This document shows positions 38,417 through 51,619 of a DNA stretch of 64,000 nucleotides, one piece after another. A program made the translations under genes and the position numbers. The notes under the pieces are model-generated. The model ran no database searches and had not been told where the DNA came from. It saw only the letters and a list, made by a program, of their open reading frames with translations. How positions within the stretch are numbered: the stretch's first letter is position 1; each line of letters begins with the position of its first letter. Origin of the DNA: Lama glama (lineage: Eukaryota); the NCBI GenBank assembly GCA_028534125.1, contig CM052817.1:85066001-85130000 (forward strand), given 5' to 3'.

Positions 38417-40038
38417 GAAGAAAAAATAATGGTAAATGGAGGGCTGGAATTTTGCATCCTGGCCTGTGGGGGCTGGTGCTGTTGGGGGGTGTGGGAAGTG
38501 AAAATGCCCAGGGTTGTCACAATTGCCATCCTCTTGTCATTCTCTCTAGGGCCCGTGGGTCCCAGGCTGCAGTGTCACATACTGCCCTGACTCTGCCACC
38601 AACATAGCTATTTCAGAAACCCTTTACCCCACACCATGCTGTCTCTGGTATTTACTCTCCTTCCTTCTTTCATTCACATTCATGTAAGGCTAGGTTTCAG
38701 GTAAGGAAATCTGGGACTTCTGAGATATCTGCTTAGTTTGATATTGAATGATACCAGCTTGATATTGAATGACTTAAATGCTCGATTGTCCCTTCCCCAG
38801 ACAACGAGGAGGGGACTGCTCAGGCTCCTTGTCCCTTATTTTAAGTGTAACCCCTTACTTCCCCCTGGGGGGTGCAAGTCTCCTAAGTGTCTGGGAGTTA
38901 GAGAAAAGGGATGCTTAAAAACATCCACTACTAACCGGTATCATGGCCAAAAGGAGAGAGAATTTCACTACCCACCTCTGTAAGATGAGTTTCTGTAAGA
39001 TAATAATGATAAAATAAATAGCAGCCCTTTGTATTGTAGCGTAAAAAGACACAAGATATTTAAATCAAAACGTTGTTAGTATCTTAGCTTGTTTCAATAA
39101 ATATTAAGTAGAAGTATATTTATTCAGATATTTTCCCCTCTCATACATTTTGAATCCACAGTCAAATATTTCCCTTTATATTCAGCCTCCCGTACCTTTT
39201 TCCATTTGGAATCGCGTCAATCAGTTTTACAGCTGAAAGCAGTGACGTGCTGACAGAAGGTGAGTGCTACACGATCTGGTTTCCAATTTAATTTGCTACT
39301 TGCTTCTCTAAAAGTTTGAGGAAATTATTTTCTTTTGAAAACTGGGAGTAAAAGACTCATAAAGATTAATCTCAGTTAATGATATTGTGGGGACCCAGGA
39401 TGCCAGAGGTGAGTAGTGCTTAGATCCTGACATCTTAGCTTGAGAAGAAAGTTTTCTTATTTGGGGATGTGTGTCCCTGATGTTTGGGAACCTGTTGGAA
39501 CTTTCCTTCTTTCCATGATTTCATGAACTAAAATGTAATGATTTTTCCTTTTCCGTTTCATCCATTTAAGTTTTTCTTTTCTTTCCTTTTCTTTTTCTTT
39601 CTATTCCTTAATTATTTGGTCCCCACCTTTGTTTCTAGATTATATTCCCTCTACTGGAGAGTCTATAACACCCTGACCTTTATCCTTATCTCTGAACTCT
39701 CTCTTCAGGGACAGGCTCAAATCTCCAAACATCACTTGAATATTGCTTGAGTACCTTATTGTCACCTGACACTTAACATTCTCAGAACAAAATTCATTAA
39801 TTTCCCTCCATATCAACTTTCTTAATGTTTCATGTCATCACAGTTCTATCCATAGATGCAAAATCTCTGTATCTTCTAGGTTTTTATTTCTTGTTTTTCC
39901 TCATCAAATTCAATAAATTATTGATTCCCTCTGTTTTGTTTATAATGTATTTGAAATTTCTATCCTTCTCCCAGAATATCTGGTGAATTATGTCTAACAA
40001 CTTTGACATATTAATATCATAAACTTATGTTTAAATGA

Positions 40039-40496
40039 TGTGATAACCAGCCTCCAAGATGCTCCTAAATGATTTCCATCTCCTAACGGCCATGTCCTTG
40101 TGTAATTTGTCCCCACAAATTACAGGCTAACTCTGAGTGGCAATTGGAACTCAGCAGAAATAAGTATCACTTCTGAGATTCGGTAATAAGAGACACTACA
40201 GTTTCCATCTTGGCCATGCCTTCTCTCTTGCCCTTTTCTCTTGGCTCACTTTCACCATGTCATAGGAGCACTAGAAAGAGGTCCATGTAGCAGGGACCTA
40301 AGACCACTGATAAAAAGCCACTGAGGAACTGAGGTCTACTGTTAGTAGTCAAATGAGTGGCTTATAAGAGACCCACCATCAGAGACATGTAGCTAAGCCT
40401 CTTCCAAATTCATGACGTCCAGAAACTGTGTGAGATACTAAATGTTGAAGCTAACTTTCAGGGTAAATTGTTATGTATCAAAAAATAAGTAATACA
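40039..40496 (+). mobile_element. MaLR LTR (MLT1E/F-like)
   Basis: TGTGATAACCAGCCTCCAAGATG...CACTTCTGAGATT...CAGAAACTGTGTGAGATACTAAATGTT...GGTAAATTGTTATGTATCAAAAAATAAGTAATACA. Confidence 0.8.
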
Positions 40497-43400
40497 ATGA
40501 CTTTCCTCAAGCTAGGTTTCAGGATAAATTGTTATGTATCAATAGACAACTAATACAATTTCTTTCTAGTATAAATAGCATATTACTGTGATTAAACTGT
40601 CTTGAAAAATTAAGGAATGGAGTGGTATCCAGCAGAGATCTGCTGGAGTTCTGCAGTCCTGGAAGAGACGTTTGCTCCCTGAGTGGAGAGAGGGGCTGGT
40701 GGCCACAGGAGTGTGGACAGTCTCCACCCATAAGACTCCTTTGAAAAACATGAAGGAGTGGAGTCAGAGGAGATGTTAAGTTATCTAAGTTCACCCAAAG
40801 CAACCAACTCCTCTGCAGTCTTTAGACAAGTGACTGAAAGGATCTGAAAGAAAAAGAAGAAGTTCACTTAGGATGTTTGAAATTTGTATCATAGCTGTGG
40901 TGAGGACCCAAGTAGGCGCTCAAGCTCTGATGAGAGTGAAGAAGTTGCCTCTATATCTTTTAGTCTCTCAATTATAAGACATTAATTGACAAGCCTATAC
41001 CCATCCAGATGAAAATCTGTCAAATTTACTGGCATAGTGTGTTTAAGATGTTTTTTACTCTAAAATAAAGTACTCTTGCAGTTTTTCATGTGTGGGAATA
41101 TATTCATCAAACTCCAAGAGGTTTGGCCAGATTCCAGATAACAGGTAAGTATTCATCAAAGAAACAAAGAAAGCAAGAGCTCCTCAGAAACAGACTTAGT
41201 TGCTAAGCCAGCAGTATATGCTCAGTATCATATTGCCACATTGCAAAATCAAGCGAAGACTAAAGTAGCATCAGTCACCTTGGAAGTTTTTATGTGGTAA
41301 CATCTTTAGCAGTAGCTTTATGAAACTTCTTACTGGCTTTAAGCATGCACCTATGAGACCCACTGGGGAAATAGCTCAGAAAGTGTGAGAATCCATGTTC
41401 CCATGTAGACTTCTGCCTACTTACTACAGTCTTCTGGACTTGTGTAAATATGAAATTTGTAAATGTTAATATCCTACTTAGATATAAACCACTGAAAATC
41501 AATTGAAGCCTGAACTTCTGATACATTTTTGGTTTTGATGTCCATCACATTGGTTGATGTGCTGATAGCAGGGAGCCATTTTTTCTATCCTACAACTATT
41601 TAACATAAGTTGTAGGTGCAGATAGATTCATTAAAACAAAACAAAGTCCCAATCCCAGCAATGTAAAGGATATGGGAAAAAAGTTACACTGCTTCTGATG
41701 AGTTGCTGTATGGAGAGCATCACAATTCTGATCCGCGACACACCTGATCAGCAAAGCAATGGCTCTCTCAGCTTCTACATTTAACAAGACCTATCAGCTG
41801 GCTCAGAAACACTGGGAGAGGAATTTTACATAGAACAAATTTATAGCCAACTCTCGTATACCTCTGCACTCTTCTACTGGGAAACTGAATAGCACAGAGG
41901 ATGATATATCAGTTCTAGACTTGTCAAATGTATGGAAAAACTATTTTAGTCAATATGGCAGAAGGGTCATTGTATAAAGCTGGCCAATTTTGTTCTAAGT
42001 TTTTGAAGAATTTTGTATTTTCTGAGCTAGGGTTGATAGGCATTGTTAACAAGAACCGAAAATTACAGTATCAGTGGCTGGATTAAAGGAAATGATAGAA
42101 GGCTAGAGTTGTCAATGTGTAGGAACTGCAGATATAAAAGAGGGTTTTCAGTACGGGGTGAATATTTGGAAGTTTTAGAAGTTATTCCAGTCATATCTTT
42201 AGTGTTCTTTCTTGTAGAATTGAGTAAGAATGTCATCATGGTTAGCTTATTACCTAATTATGGAAGGCATAATTAATTCTGAGTTTGTTAGCATTTACTG
42301 CAGCATATTTTAAAATTTTACAGAAATCTTGTTATTCTCTGATTTTTTTCTTTGGAGTTCTATATAAAACTGGAAAATACTGTGTACTGTTGTATGTTAA
42401 ATATATTTAAATGTTATATTTTTAAAAAATAAAAATCACCCTAACACTAAAATATTTAACTGGAATGATTGACAGGATTTTATTCACAGGATTTCATTCT
42501 CCACGCTGAAGAGCTGTGGAAAAAAAAAAAGTGTCCTAAGTTGATTTTATTTTTTTTTAACTGAAAAACACATCCTTTCTCCAAAAAAGGGATCCTGTTG
42601 TTTTCTGGCATTTCCCCTTAGTCTCTGAGATAATATTTGATATAACAATATCTCAAAATATATATTCTGAATTGGCAGGAGAATCAAAAGTTGTTTAAAG
42701 GTAAACTAACTTCAGATTTCAAAATTATCCCACATCTACTTTAAGTATACCAAATTAGTAAAACAACTAATCTGCAAGTGAAACTCTTTGAGTTTTTTAA
42801 AAATTCAACACATGGTAGGGATTGTCTTTCATTGTATTCAGTAATAATTTTAACAATAATTACTAATGAGTGATTTTCAATATTCTCTTCCAAAAAATTA
42901 AAAGAAAATAAAAGTAAATGATGAAAGATTTACACTATTTTAAAAACAAAAACAAAAACAAAACTTTCTAATGAGCTGTGACTGAATAAGAGAGATTTAG
43001 CTTTTTGCAGTGAGGTGCATAAACTGAATTGTCAGAAATTAACTGCATATATTCTAGAAGTGCTACTGGATCTTAGCCTGGCTTTTTCAAATGGTATAAT
43101 ATTGATTATTTCCTCTGGAATACAGGTACAGCTAATTAGAAATTAATCAAAATGATTAACCTCTGCACTGCTTCAGTAAATGAATCACTTTAAAAGATGT
43201 CAGTGGAAAGCCCCAGGAGACCGGTTTAGGTAAGTTTTTTGTTTGAAGTTTTAAATGCATAAAAAGCTAAAAATAGCAATTTACTAATCTAAAATATTGC
43301 CCTAGTTTGAGTACAGTAGCATCCATAATATGTTCCCTTCATTTTACACAAGAGGCATTAACTTAAACTTGCCACTAGAAGTAAAATGTCTTTATCTATT

Positions 43401-43534
43401 GTGTAAAGTATATGGGACCATATTTCTCTTTGGAGACTGGAGACCTAAACATAGATCAAATCAGCACAAGTTATTTTTCATGTGTCAAATATATGTGATT
43501 TCAGCTGATAAATTAATGGACACATACTGTAAGC

Positions 43535-43721
43535 CAGTGGTTCTTAGAGTTTTGTCCTTGTACTAATTGCATAGTAGCACCTGAAACTTGTTACACATGC
43601 AAATTTTACAAGCCCCACCCCAGATCTACTGAATTACAAAGTCACAGGATCTGGGCGAGCAATCTGGGGTTTAACCAGCCTTCCAACTGATTCAGATTGA
43701 TCCTTGCGATAGAGAAACAGG
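43535..43721. mobile_element. MER5A-like hAT MITE
   Basis: CAGTGGTTCTTAGAGT...CTTGTTACACATGCAAATT...GCCCCACCCCAGATCTACTGAATT...CAATCTGGGGTTTAACCAGCCTTCCAACTGATTC. Confidence 0.75.
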
Positions 43722-44371
43722 ATCCTAATAAGCTAACATTGCTGAGAGAGATCCACTGTTAAAGGGGGCATCCTCATACTTCTCAAATCCTAGATATTGA
43801 GGAATTTATCAGTAAAACTTAAATCCTATAAGATTTCCAAAGCAAAGACTGAAACAGCTTTTTTTGGGGGGGTTTAGAAAATTAAACCCAAATCTTAAAT
43901 TTTGTAACTCAGTCATAAAAAGCCAGTTGTAGGGGGACACTTTACAGAACTGGAAAAACCAGGAATGATATGATTTGCTCTCGGTAAGTTCTGATGATTA
44001 GTTCTTTGAATTGTTCATATGTAGATGTAGACGTGACCTATTAGCTTCCAATTCTAAAGCAAAATGAAGCATTGGCTATTTTAGAATTTCCCACCCAACT
44101 ATGAAGTATGTATCAGTAACACCACTATATAGAGCTTTCCTTGTTTGAATCCTGTGAACCGCAGTTAGAAGGTAAGGAGCTCCTAATGTCTAAATGCAAT
44201 CTGAAGTTTTGTTCATTTTGAGGACTGTTTAACGCCCACTGATAGTGAATAGAAAATAACAATGCATAGAACTTTTATGTCCTAGCCATAACCTCCAATT
44301 TCTCCTTCATGGTTTAAAATAGATTACTCACTTTGGATCTGTCTTTATTTTTCCTTGATGATATATATTTC

Positions 44372-44395
44372 GTGTGTGTGTGTGTGTGTGTGTGT
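44372..44395. repeat. (GT)n microsatellite
   Basis: About 12 GT units. Confidence 0.95.
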
Positions 44396-44765
44396 TTTGG
44401 GGGGCAGAGAAGTTTAAACTCATCCCTCTCTTTGCCCTGTATGAGGCAGACTAAAGCTGTTATCAACTGATTATCCCATGAATACCCAATTCCATCAATA
44501 TTTGTATTATGATACTATATATATCTTATAATAATTCATTAATAGGGAGGCTTATTTTTAGAACTTTTTAAAATATAGATTTTTTTCAACTGTTTATTTT
44601 TTTAATTTTTATTTGACAAGTGTCAAACTAAGTTTCATTATTTGTATATTTTTGATATTAAGTCACTATCTTTATAGATTTAATATTTTGGTTTTTGGTA
44701 AATTGTTTGATTATTGACAAAGTATTTGATTCTGACATGAAATAGTTGTAGATATAGATAGATAT

Positions 44766-45225
44766 AAACATACCTCATAGATACTGAAGGGTCTGTTCCA
44801 GACATTGCAGTGAAGCAGGTATGGCAATACAGTGAGTAAAAAATTTTTTGGTTTCCCAGTGCATATAAATGTTATGTTTAAACTATACTGTAGTCTATTA
44901 AGTGTGCAATAGCATTATATCTAAAAAATATATATGCCTTAATTAAAAAATATTTTATTGCTAAAAAATGCTAACCATCATCTGAGCCTTTAGCTAGTCA
45001 TAGTCACTGGTTTGGATCACCATAACAAATACAATAAAAAAAGAAGATTTGAAATATTCTGAGAATTACCAAAATGTGATACATAGACATGAAGTGAGAA
45101 AATGCTGTTGGAAAATGGTGCCAATTGACTTGCTTAATGCAGGTTTGCCACAAATCTTAAATTTGTAAAAAGTGCAACATCGGCGAAGCACAATTAAAAA
45201 AAAAAAAACAGCACAGTAAAGCCTG
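44766..45225 (-). mobile_element. Internally deleted Tigger1 derivative (Tigger1a-like)
   Basis: CATACCTCATAGATACTGAAGGGTCTGTTCCAGAC...TTTTTTGGTTTCCCAGTGCATATAAA...TAGTCTATTAAGTGTGCAATAGCATT joined to GATCACCATAACAAAT...GAGAATTACCAAAATGTGA...GCAGGTTTGCCACAAA. Confidence 0.85.
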
Positions 45226-47614
45226 CATAGCTATGAATCACCAAACTGTTCTCCAGAAAACCTGGTATAGTGATCTCTAACTACAGTATATCTATCTATG
45301 TTTATATTTATGTATAAATATGTATTTATATAGTAGACATTATATAACTAACTACATGTGTTATAGATATCTAATTAGAGTATATATTATGTAATATTAA
45401 ATATTCATAATGTTTACATATACAATTTTATATATATTTCATTAAGTTAGAATGAAGATTGGAATGCTCGTTGCTAACCCTACAAAACCGTAATGTGTTT
45501 TCTTATAAAAATCTTTAAATACAAACTATTTTACACTACATAATTAAAAATTTTTAGGACTATAAACAACATAAAGCAACTTGTTAAATAAAAATATTTA
45601 GCCCGTGACCTAAACTCACATATTACTCAGCAAATCACTGATTGGTTTAATTCAAGGAGCCCAGCAGTCAGCACCTGCAACCGCTCAGGAAGGCAGCAAT
45701 TTGAAACCAAGAATGTTCTTCAAAATCGCCTGAGGGATTTAAATATACACAGACCTGGAGTCCATGCTAGAACTCCCAAAGAAGAATTTTCAAGGTACGA
45801 AGTGTAGGATATTTTAATTCATGTTAAGAAATTTTCATTTTGTAATAAATAATCAGGGCAATATATGATCCATTGGAAACCTGAGAAAATAAAGAATCTC
45901 TGAGATGCTGCTGATTTAGATGTTTTGCTTTTCTGAGGCTCCCCTGGGATGACTCTTAGAACTAGTGTTTTGATTTCTCCAACTCATTTTCCAACTATTC
46001 CATCCATTCTGTGTCAGGTATCCTTGGAATGTCTGATGGGTGCCCTTTCCCAACTTCCAGCCCTTTGGCAGATTTGTCCTCTCTTTTGCTGTTTCTCTTT
46101 CTCGAGTTATCTATTATTTCAGTGGCCCTTTCTGAGCAGAAATATCTGCTTAGTCTGTCATACATAACCAAAATTAGAATTAATGTGACTGATCTAATGT
46201 CAGCCATTTTGACCTAGAAAACTATACTTTCTTTTCTTTGGGGGAAGAAGGTTTTCTTCTAGTGTAAATCTGAGTATAGCTTTTGTCCTAACTGACCAGG
46301 TCATGTCTAGTTTATTTCTAGTTTGGATTTATTTTCTTTGTCCTTTGTACACATATTCTCCAACTGGTTTCTTTTTTGTTTTTTTGTTTCAAAGAGTAGT
46401 TTTCAGGTTGTTCACTAGTTTCCTTCCATCCCTCTTTTCAGATGGCCTGTCTCTTGCTACCCACTGTCATCTTACTTCAGCCATTCCTGGTCTCCTGTAT
46501 TCTGCCTCCTCTCTCAACCAGCACTCTTTCCACTCCAGCCTATTTTTAAGATGTTCTGACCACAGGTGCTAGAAATTCCACTGTCTTTTAACTTAAATTG
46601 GTAGGACATTCTAACATTCTTCAGATTCCTGTGGCAAATAGTTTCCAGAAATATGCCCATATTCAGAGTAATTTCTTACCTTTATTCTTCATTTCTTCAG
46701 GCCAGGATGGTTCTAAAATATGTATTAGACCAATCTAGTAGTGGGAATTATGGCCTTCCAAATGGTCAAATTTATATGCACAGGTAAAAATTACTGAGAC
46801 TGGAATGTCACTTGAAGAAACAGCAGTGACTGCAACTTTAAACTAGCATATATCAAGTACTCAGGGTTGTGTCAACGAAAGCCATGCAATTTTCAGTGTT
46901 TTTTGTGCCAATATCTCACAGTATCTTATTACTCCAGACATTGTTCTTTGATTCCAGGTCTCCTCAGCCCATAACTCTGATTTTGGGCTCCTACCTTCAT
47001 TCTTGCAAGTTTTTTGGCCTCCTTAACTGATTTTGTGTCCTCAGCTTGAGGCTCTGTGCTCTTAGGAACTTAGTGTTAGACTCTTTAGTCTGTTGCCTAA
47101 GGTATGTCCATGCTCTGATTACTCAGAACCCAAACCCTGACAATATGAAGCGACACTAGGAACACTCATTCCATGTGTCTGCAGTTGGAGCCCCCAGAAG
47201 TTCAGTCAGTCAATGTAGTGAAACTATCTGAAGCACGCTGCATGTTTGGTTGGATATCTTTTAAAATAATACCCATGTCAGTATGCGTTTATTTCAGTTC
47301 TTCCTTAATTCAGTGTTGATTACTTCCTCTATAAAATATTTTCAGCTCCAAAAGACAATACTCTCCCTTGATCCTATTTTGCTGATTGAGGGGGAATATT
47401 GTGTCCTCTTAAACCAGTGAGTAAGGGAAATCCTTAATCCCCTCATCTAACCAACTCACTCCATCTGGGCCAGGGGCAGAGTTTATGACTGTTGCAGATA
47501 TGTCAAGAAAGGATTTGATTATGGTGATTTAAGAAAATTCTATCCATATACAGGTGTCCATACCTTGAGAAATTACTGACTTTCTAAAGTGATGTCACAT
47601 TCTTTGCATTTCTC

Positions 47615-48110
47615 ATCAGTTACTTACCATTGCCATAATACTTGGTAACAAACAACTACTGAAGCTCAGAGGCATATACAGCAATAAACATCCATTGCTC
47701 ACATTTCTGAACTGATTCGGTTAGGAGACTGCTGATTTTGGCTGAGCTTTTTCACAGGTGGCATCTGTTGGTTGTTGACCAATCTAGGCTGACCATGGCT
47801 GGATAGCTGGCACTCTCAGCTGAGCTGGCTTACTCTGATCCACGTGTCTTATCTTCTCCTAGGAACAACAGGTTAGCCTAGGCTTACTTTAAAAAAAAAA
47901 TTATGGCAATGGCAGATGGTAAGAGAAAATATCCCAAAAGTTCAAGCTCACCTCTTGCCTCTGCTTGTATTGTATCAGCTAAAAGTCATGTTGGCCAAAG
48001 CAAACCATATGGCATTCAAGAGCTGAGTGGGAGGGTACTACAAAGTTACATGGCAAAATCCCTGGGTAGAGGAAGGGTGAAGGTCATTAATGCACTCAAT
48101 TATCATATTC
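47615..48110 (-). mobile_element. MaLR LTR (MLT1H-like)
   Basis: TCAGTTACTTACCATTGCCATAATA...GTAACAAACAAC...TTGGCCAAAGCAAACCATATGGC...CAAAGTTACATGGCAAA; explains most of ORF 47903..48307. Confidence 0.7.
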
Positions 48111-48404
48111 TTTGTACACATGGGAGCAAGACATTTAAGGAAGTAGAAATTACAAGTCCAAATTGTCTAAAACTTTTCAGGAAATATTATTATTATAATA
48201 TTATCCCTTGGAAGTCTTCTCCCAAGCATGAAGTCAAAACTGCTAAGTACAGTTTGTATAGAAGCATACCTAAGGGAAAACTGCCACTTTCACTAATTGC
48301 TTTCTAGTAGGAAATGAAAATTATCTTAGTTTTTGTGTTAGTATTGTTTTCAGGAAAAAGTATGTGTAGTTTGTTTTATTCTTTGAAAAATAATTATAAT
48401 CTTA

Positions 48405-48575
48405 GACTGCTAATGGGTGCAGGATTTCTTTGGGAATGATGAAAATGTTCTGAAATTAGATAGTAGTAATGGCTACACAACTCTGTGAATATACTAAAAA
48501 CCACTGAATTGTAAACATTAAAAGGATGAATTTTGAGGCAGATGAACTAACCTTAATAAAGTTATTATTTAAATT
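48405..48575 (+). mobile_element. L1MB-like 3' terminus
   Basis: GACTGCTAATGGGTGCAGGATTTCTTTGGGAATGATGAAAATGTTCTGAAATTAGATAGT...CTCTGTGAATATACTAAAAACCACTGAATTGT...AATAAA. Confidence 0.85.
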
Positions 48576-50749
48576 ATTTAAAATTTGAAGCATCTTTAAT
48601 GTTGCATGTATAAATAAAAAGTATCTTATTATACCTAATATATACAATTTTCAACTTTACTGCTTAAACTTACAGTGAAGGAAAAATTTTTAGTATTTAT
48701 TTTTTCTGTGCAGAATTTTGAAATGCTTTCTTAAAACTGATTTTGGTATAGTTCTGAATTAAGTGCAAGTAAAAAAAATTAAAACTAAATGAAATAATGT
48801 AAATCAAAGTCCTAGGAAAACAAGCATTATCAAAAAGGATCTCATTGCTATAGTAAGTAAACAGGTATAAGTTTATGATTTATAAAATGTCAAATATACT
48901 GTTAAAATATTTGTCTATTATCTAGGCTTTTTCCCTTCCTAAGTTCCATTTATCATGAATCGCTAAGAGCATAATCACATTTTTATACAAAACATAATAC
49001 AAGAACTCCATGAAGAGCATATTAAAACATAAAGTACACGTGCTAGGAGAAGGCTAGGAACATACTGATGACTAGGAGGTCTCTGCCTTCAAACTCAAAG
49101 AAAATTTTAATACCTGCATTTTAATTGAAATATTTTTTCCTGAATTAATTTTTGTTATTTTCTTGGGTTCTTTTCACAATGAGCCATTTAATTAGAAAAG
49201 ATGCTATTTATGGATTTTCTGACATTATAGCATAAAATAAATATTTGTATTTTTAAATTCTGATGCTAATATTATACCCTAAATTTCAAAAAAAAAATTG
49301 TTAATATGACATTCTCACAAGGACCTTGTCATCTACAGAGATGATAATGCTTGAGCAAGCATTTGTTACTTAAAGTTATGAATCTGTTATGAATCTCTTA
49401 GTAATAAAAAGTGTATAAACTAAATATGCCAAATTAAATAAGCTTTATGTATACAAGAATTATTATTTTTTACAGTGTTACGAGTACAAATTAAGCTGAT
49501 AATCTAATTTATTCTTTTTCTTCTTCTCAGATGTTTTTTAGCAAAAATAAAGGTCCAAATGTGCTAGGTTGAACCAGATGAAATTGCCATTTTGTAGGTC
49601 CTAAATGTTCAGATACTGATAATTTTGTGTAGTTCAAAGAAATGAAAGTACTACTATACCGACAGACTGTATATTGAGATATGCAAAGGCATGCTCCATG
49701 CCATTTCCTCACAAAACTATTCTGCCCTCCATAAGAAGAAGATATTAAGTAAAACCCCAAGTTGGTTGGCATTAAAGTTCATCATTGTTTAATTCCTCAA
49801 AATGACTTGTTCCTGAATACAAAATTATCCTTTCTAGTCTTCTATATTTGTGTGATTTTGTTGCTAACAATAATGTAGATTTTTAAAGACAGTTTATTTA
49901 CTAAATCAAAGCTAGTGCCCTTCTAAATGGTTTTCACTGGATTACTATCTAATCCACCTTCAGCTTCCCTCTCAAAATTAATCTAAACCTGAAAAGGGGA
50001 TGGGGAAGCAGAGGGCATACTGTTGTGTATAAAGAATGTTTTAGTGAGAATCATTAAAAAGTGCTGAGCGTATCACTGAAGTTTATCAAGCTTTGGAATA
50101 GATCATTACCAGATAAGCTGACTTGAGATATGGGAGGTCCACCTATTAGTACAAGTATCTTAATTTCCTTCTGCACTAGTTTTTAAAAATCTATGTAATA
50201 TAAGTCACAGTATTATTTCCTTAGCTTTACTGCAGAGCTGTTGTTCAGTTTAAATTTGTAATATCCATAAGCACTATTTTCAAAATAAACAATACATTTT
50301 AATAATTATTATTTTTGTATTGACTTCAAATTGCAACAATGCAATCACCTAAACATATGACAAAAATAATCCATGTCTCAATGGTATTCTAAAGAATATA
50401 TCTGACATAACAAATGCCAAAGAAAATGGTTCTATTTTTAAAACATTAGTATAATGTAGTACATTTATAATAATCCTGCCAGCAAGAAATCCTCCCTTCC
50501 AGATTTTACATATAGGATTGCACTTTTAAATCCTCCTGAAAGAAAGCTCATTCAATTGTCCATTTTCAAATTCATGTATAATTGGAAATACTATCACAGC
50601 CTGAAATTTCTCTTCCTTTCAATTAGCTAATTTTATTGTACCACAAAGTGTGAATAGATTTTTTTACATTTACATTGAAAGTAAGTACACTCATACAGTA
50701 CATCATCCTACAAGAACTATAATCTGTGTATTAAATATAAAGCAATTTA

Positions 50750-51185
50750 TTCTATCAGTTGAGATGCCTGTAACTGAATACATAACTCAAACTGACTGAA
50801 TAATATTATTTATTATCTAATATAACAACAGTATAGAGTCAGTCCAAGACTGTTAGACACGTTGGTCCAATGCTGTTCTCAAAGACAGGAGGTTCTTTTT
50901 ACCTTTCTTTTTCACCATGTTCAGTTTAATTTTATGTTCATGGCTGCAAGACTGTAGTTGATTCAGATGAAATATTAAGATATGAAAATATCCAGGTGAA
51001 GAAAAGGACTATCTCTTTCCATGTTCTCTAAGGAGAACTGAAACTCCTTGTAAAACTTTTGCTCACAATTCATTTGCCAGGATAGGTTTGTATGTAAATC
51101 ACTGCCAAGGGGGCATAGGATTGCCATGTTGACCAAGGTAAATCATTTAGAGTGAGAAGGATGTTGGAAAGTCAACCACAAAAAT
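50750..51185 (-). mobile_element. MaLR LTR (old MLT1)
   Basis: TATCAGTTGAGATGCCTGTAACTG...ATGGCTGCAAGA...TTCATTTGCCAGGA...TCACTGCCAAGGGG...GATGTTGGAAAGTCAACC. Confidence 0.55.
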
Positions 51186-51619
51186 CACCTTAATCGTACA
51201 CTCTTCCATTATTTGCATATAAAATGAGTCATCATATGAATGCATAAATCTTAACATAAAAATACAGGCTTCTGAGATGCTTTTTTTTTTTAATATTCAG
51301 AGGCCAGAGGAAATCTTGCACTCCAGATTAACACTTAAGTAGCTTTCAATTGATAAGAAACAAAAAAAAAAGAAAAGAAAATTTTTATTTATTTCATCCC
51401 ACCCCATGTAGTTGTTAATTATGCATACTTCTGTTTTCTCCATAAGGGTACTCTCTTCATGCCAGAAAAGACACTGAGTTACCTACTTTCCACAAAAACG
51501 TTCAGAAGGCAAGATGTTCATCAGGTGGTCAAAATATGTTCATTTCATTTAATTTCAGAATTTGCAAGTAATAGTAGTTGAAAACCTCAACTTACATACT
51601 CAGAATTTTAGTATTTCAC

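Noticed and set aside
38164..38607. Longest real ORF (147 aa)
   Set aside because: Non-ATG start, runs across a solo LTR boundary, no domain recognised
39615..39625. TTTGGTCCCC matching the 5' end of miR-133
   Set aside because: Match stops after 10 nt and there is no hairpin
40628..40647. Inverted repeat TCCAGCAGA-GA-TCTGCTGGA
   Set aside because: Isolated 9-bp stem with no supporting context
43948..43983. 36-nt exon-like segment with TCG|GTAAGT donor
   Set aside because: Poor polypyrimidine tract, stops in two frames, no other support
47903..48307. 134-aa ATG ORF
   Set aside because: Starts inside an antisense MLT1 LTR; no recognisable homology
49505..49575. Strong acceptor TTCTTTTTCTTCTTCTCAG at 49530
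   Set aside because: Reading frames close quickly and I saw no convincing paired donor
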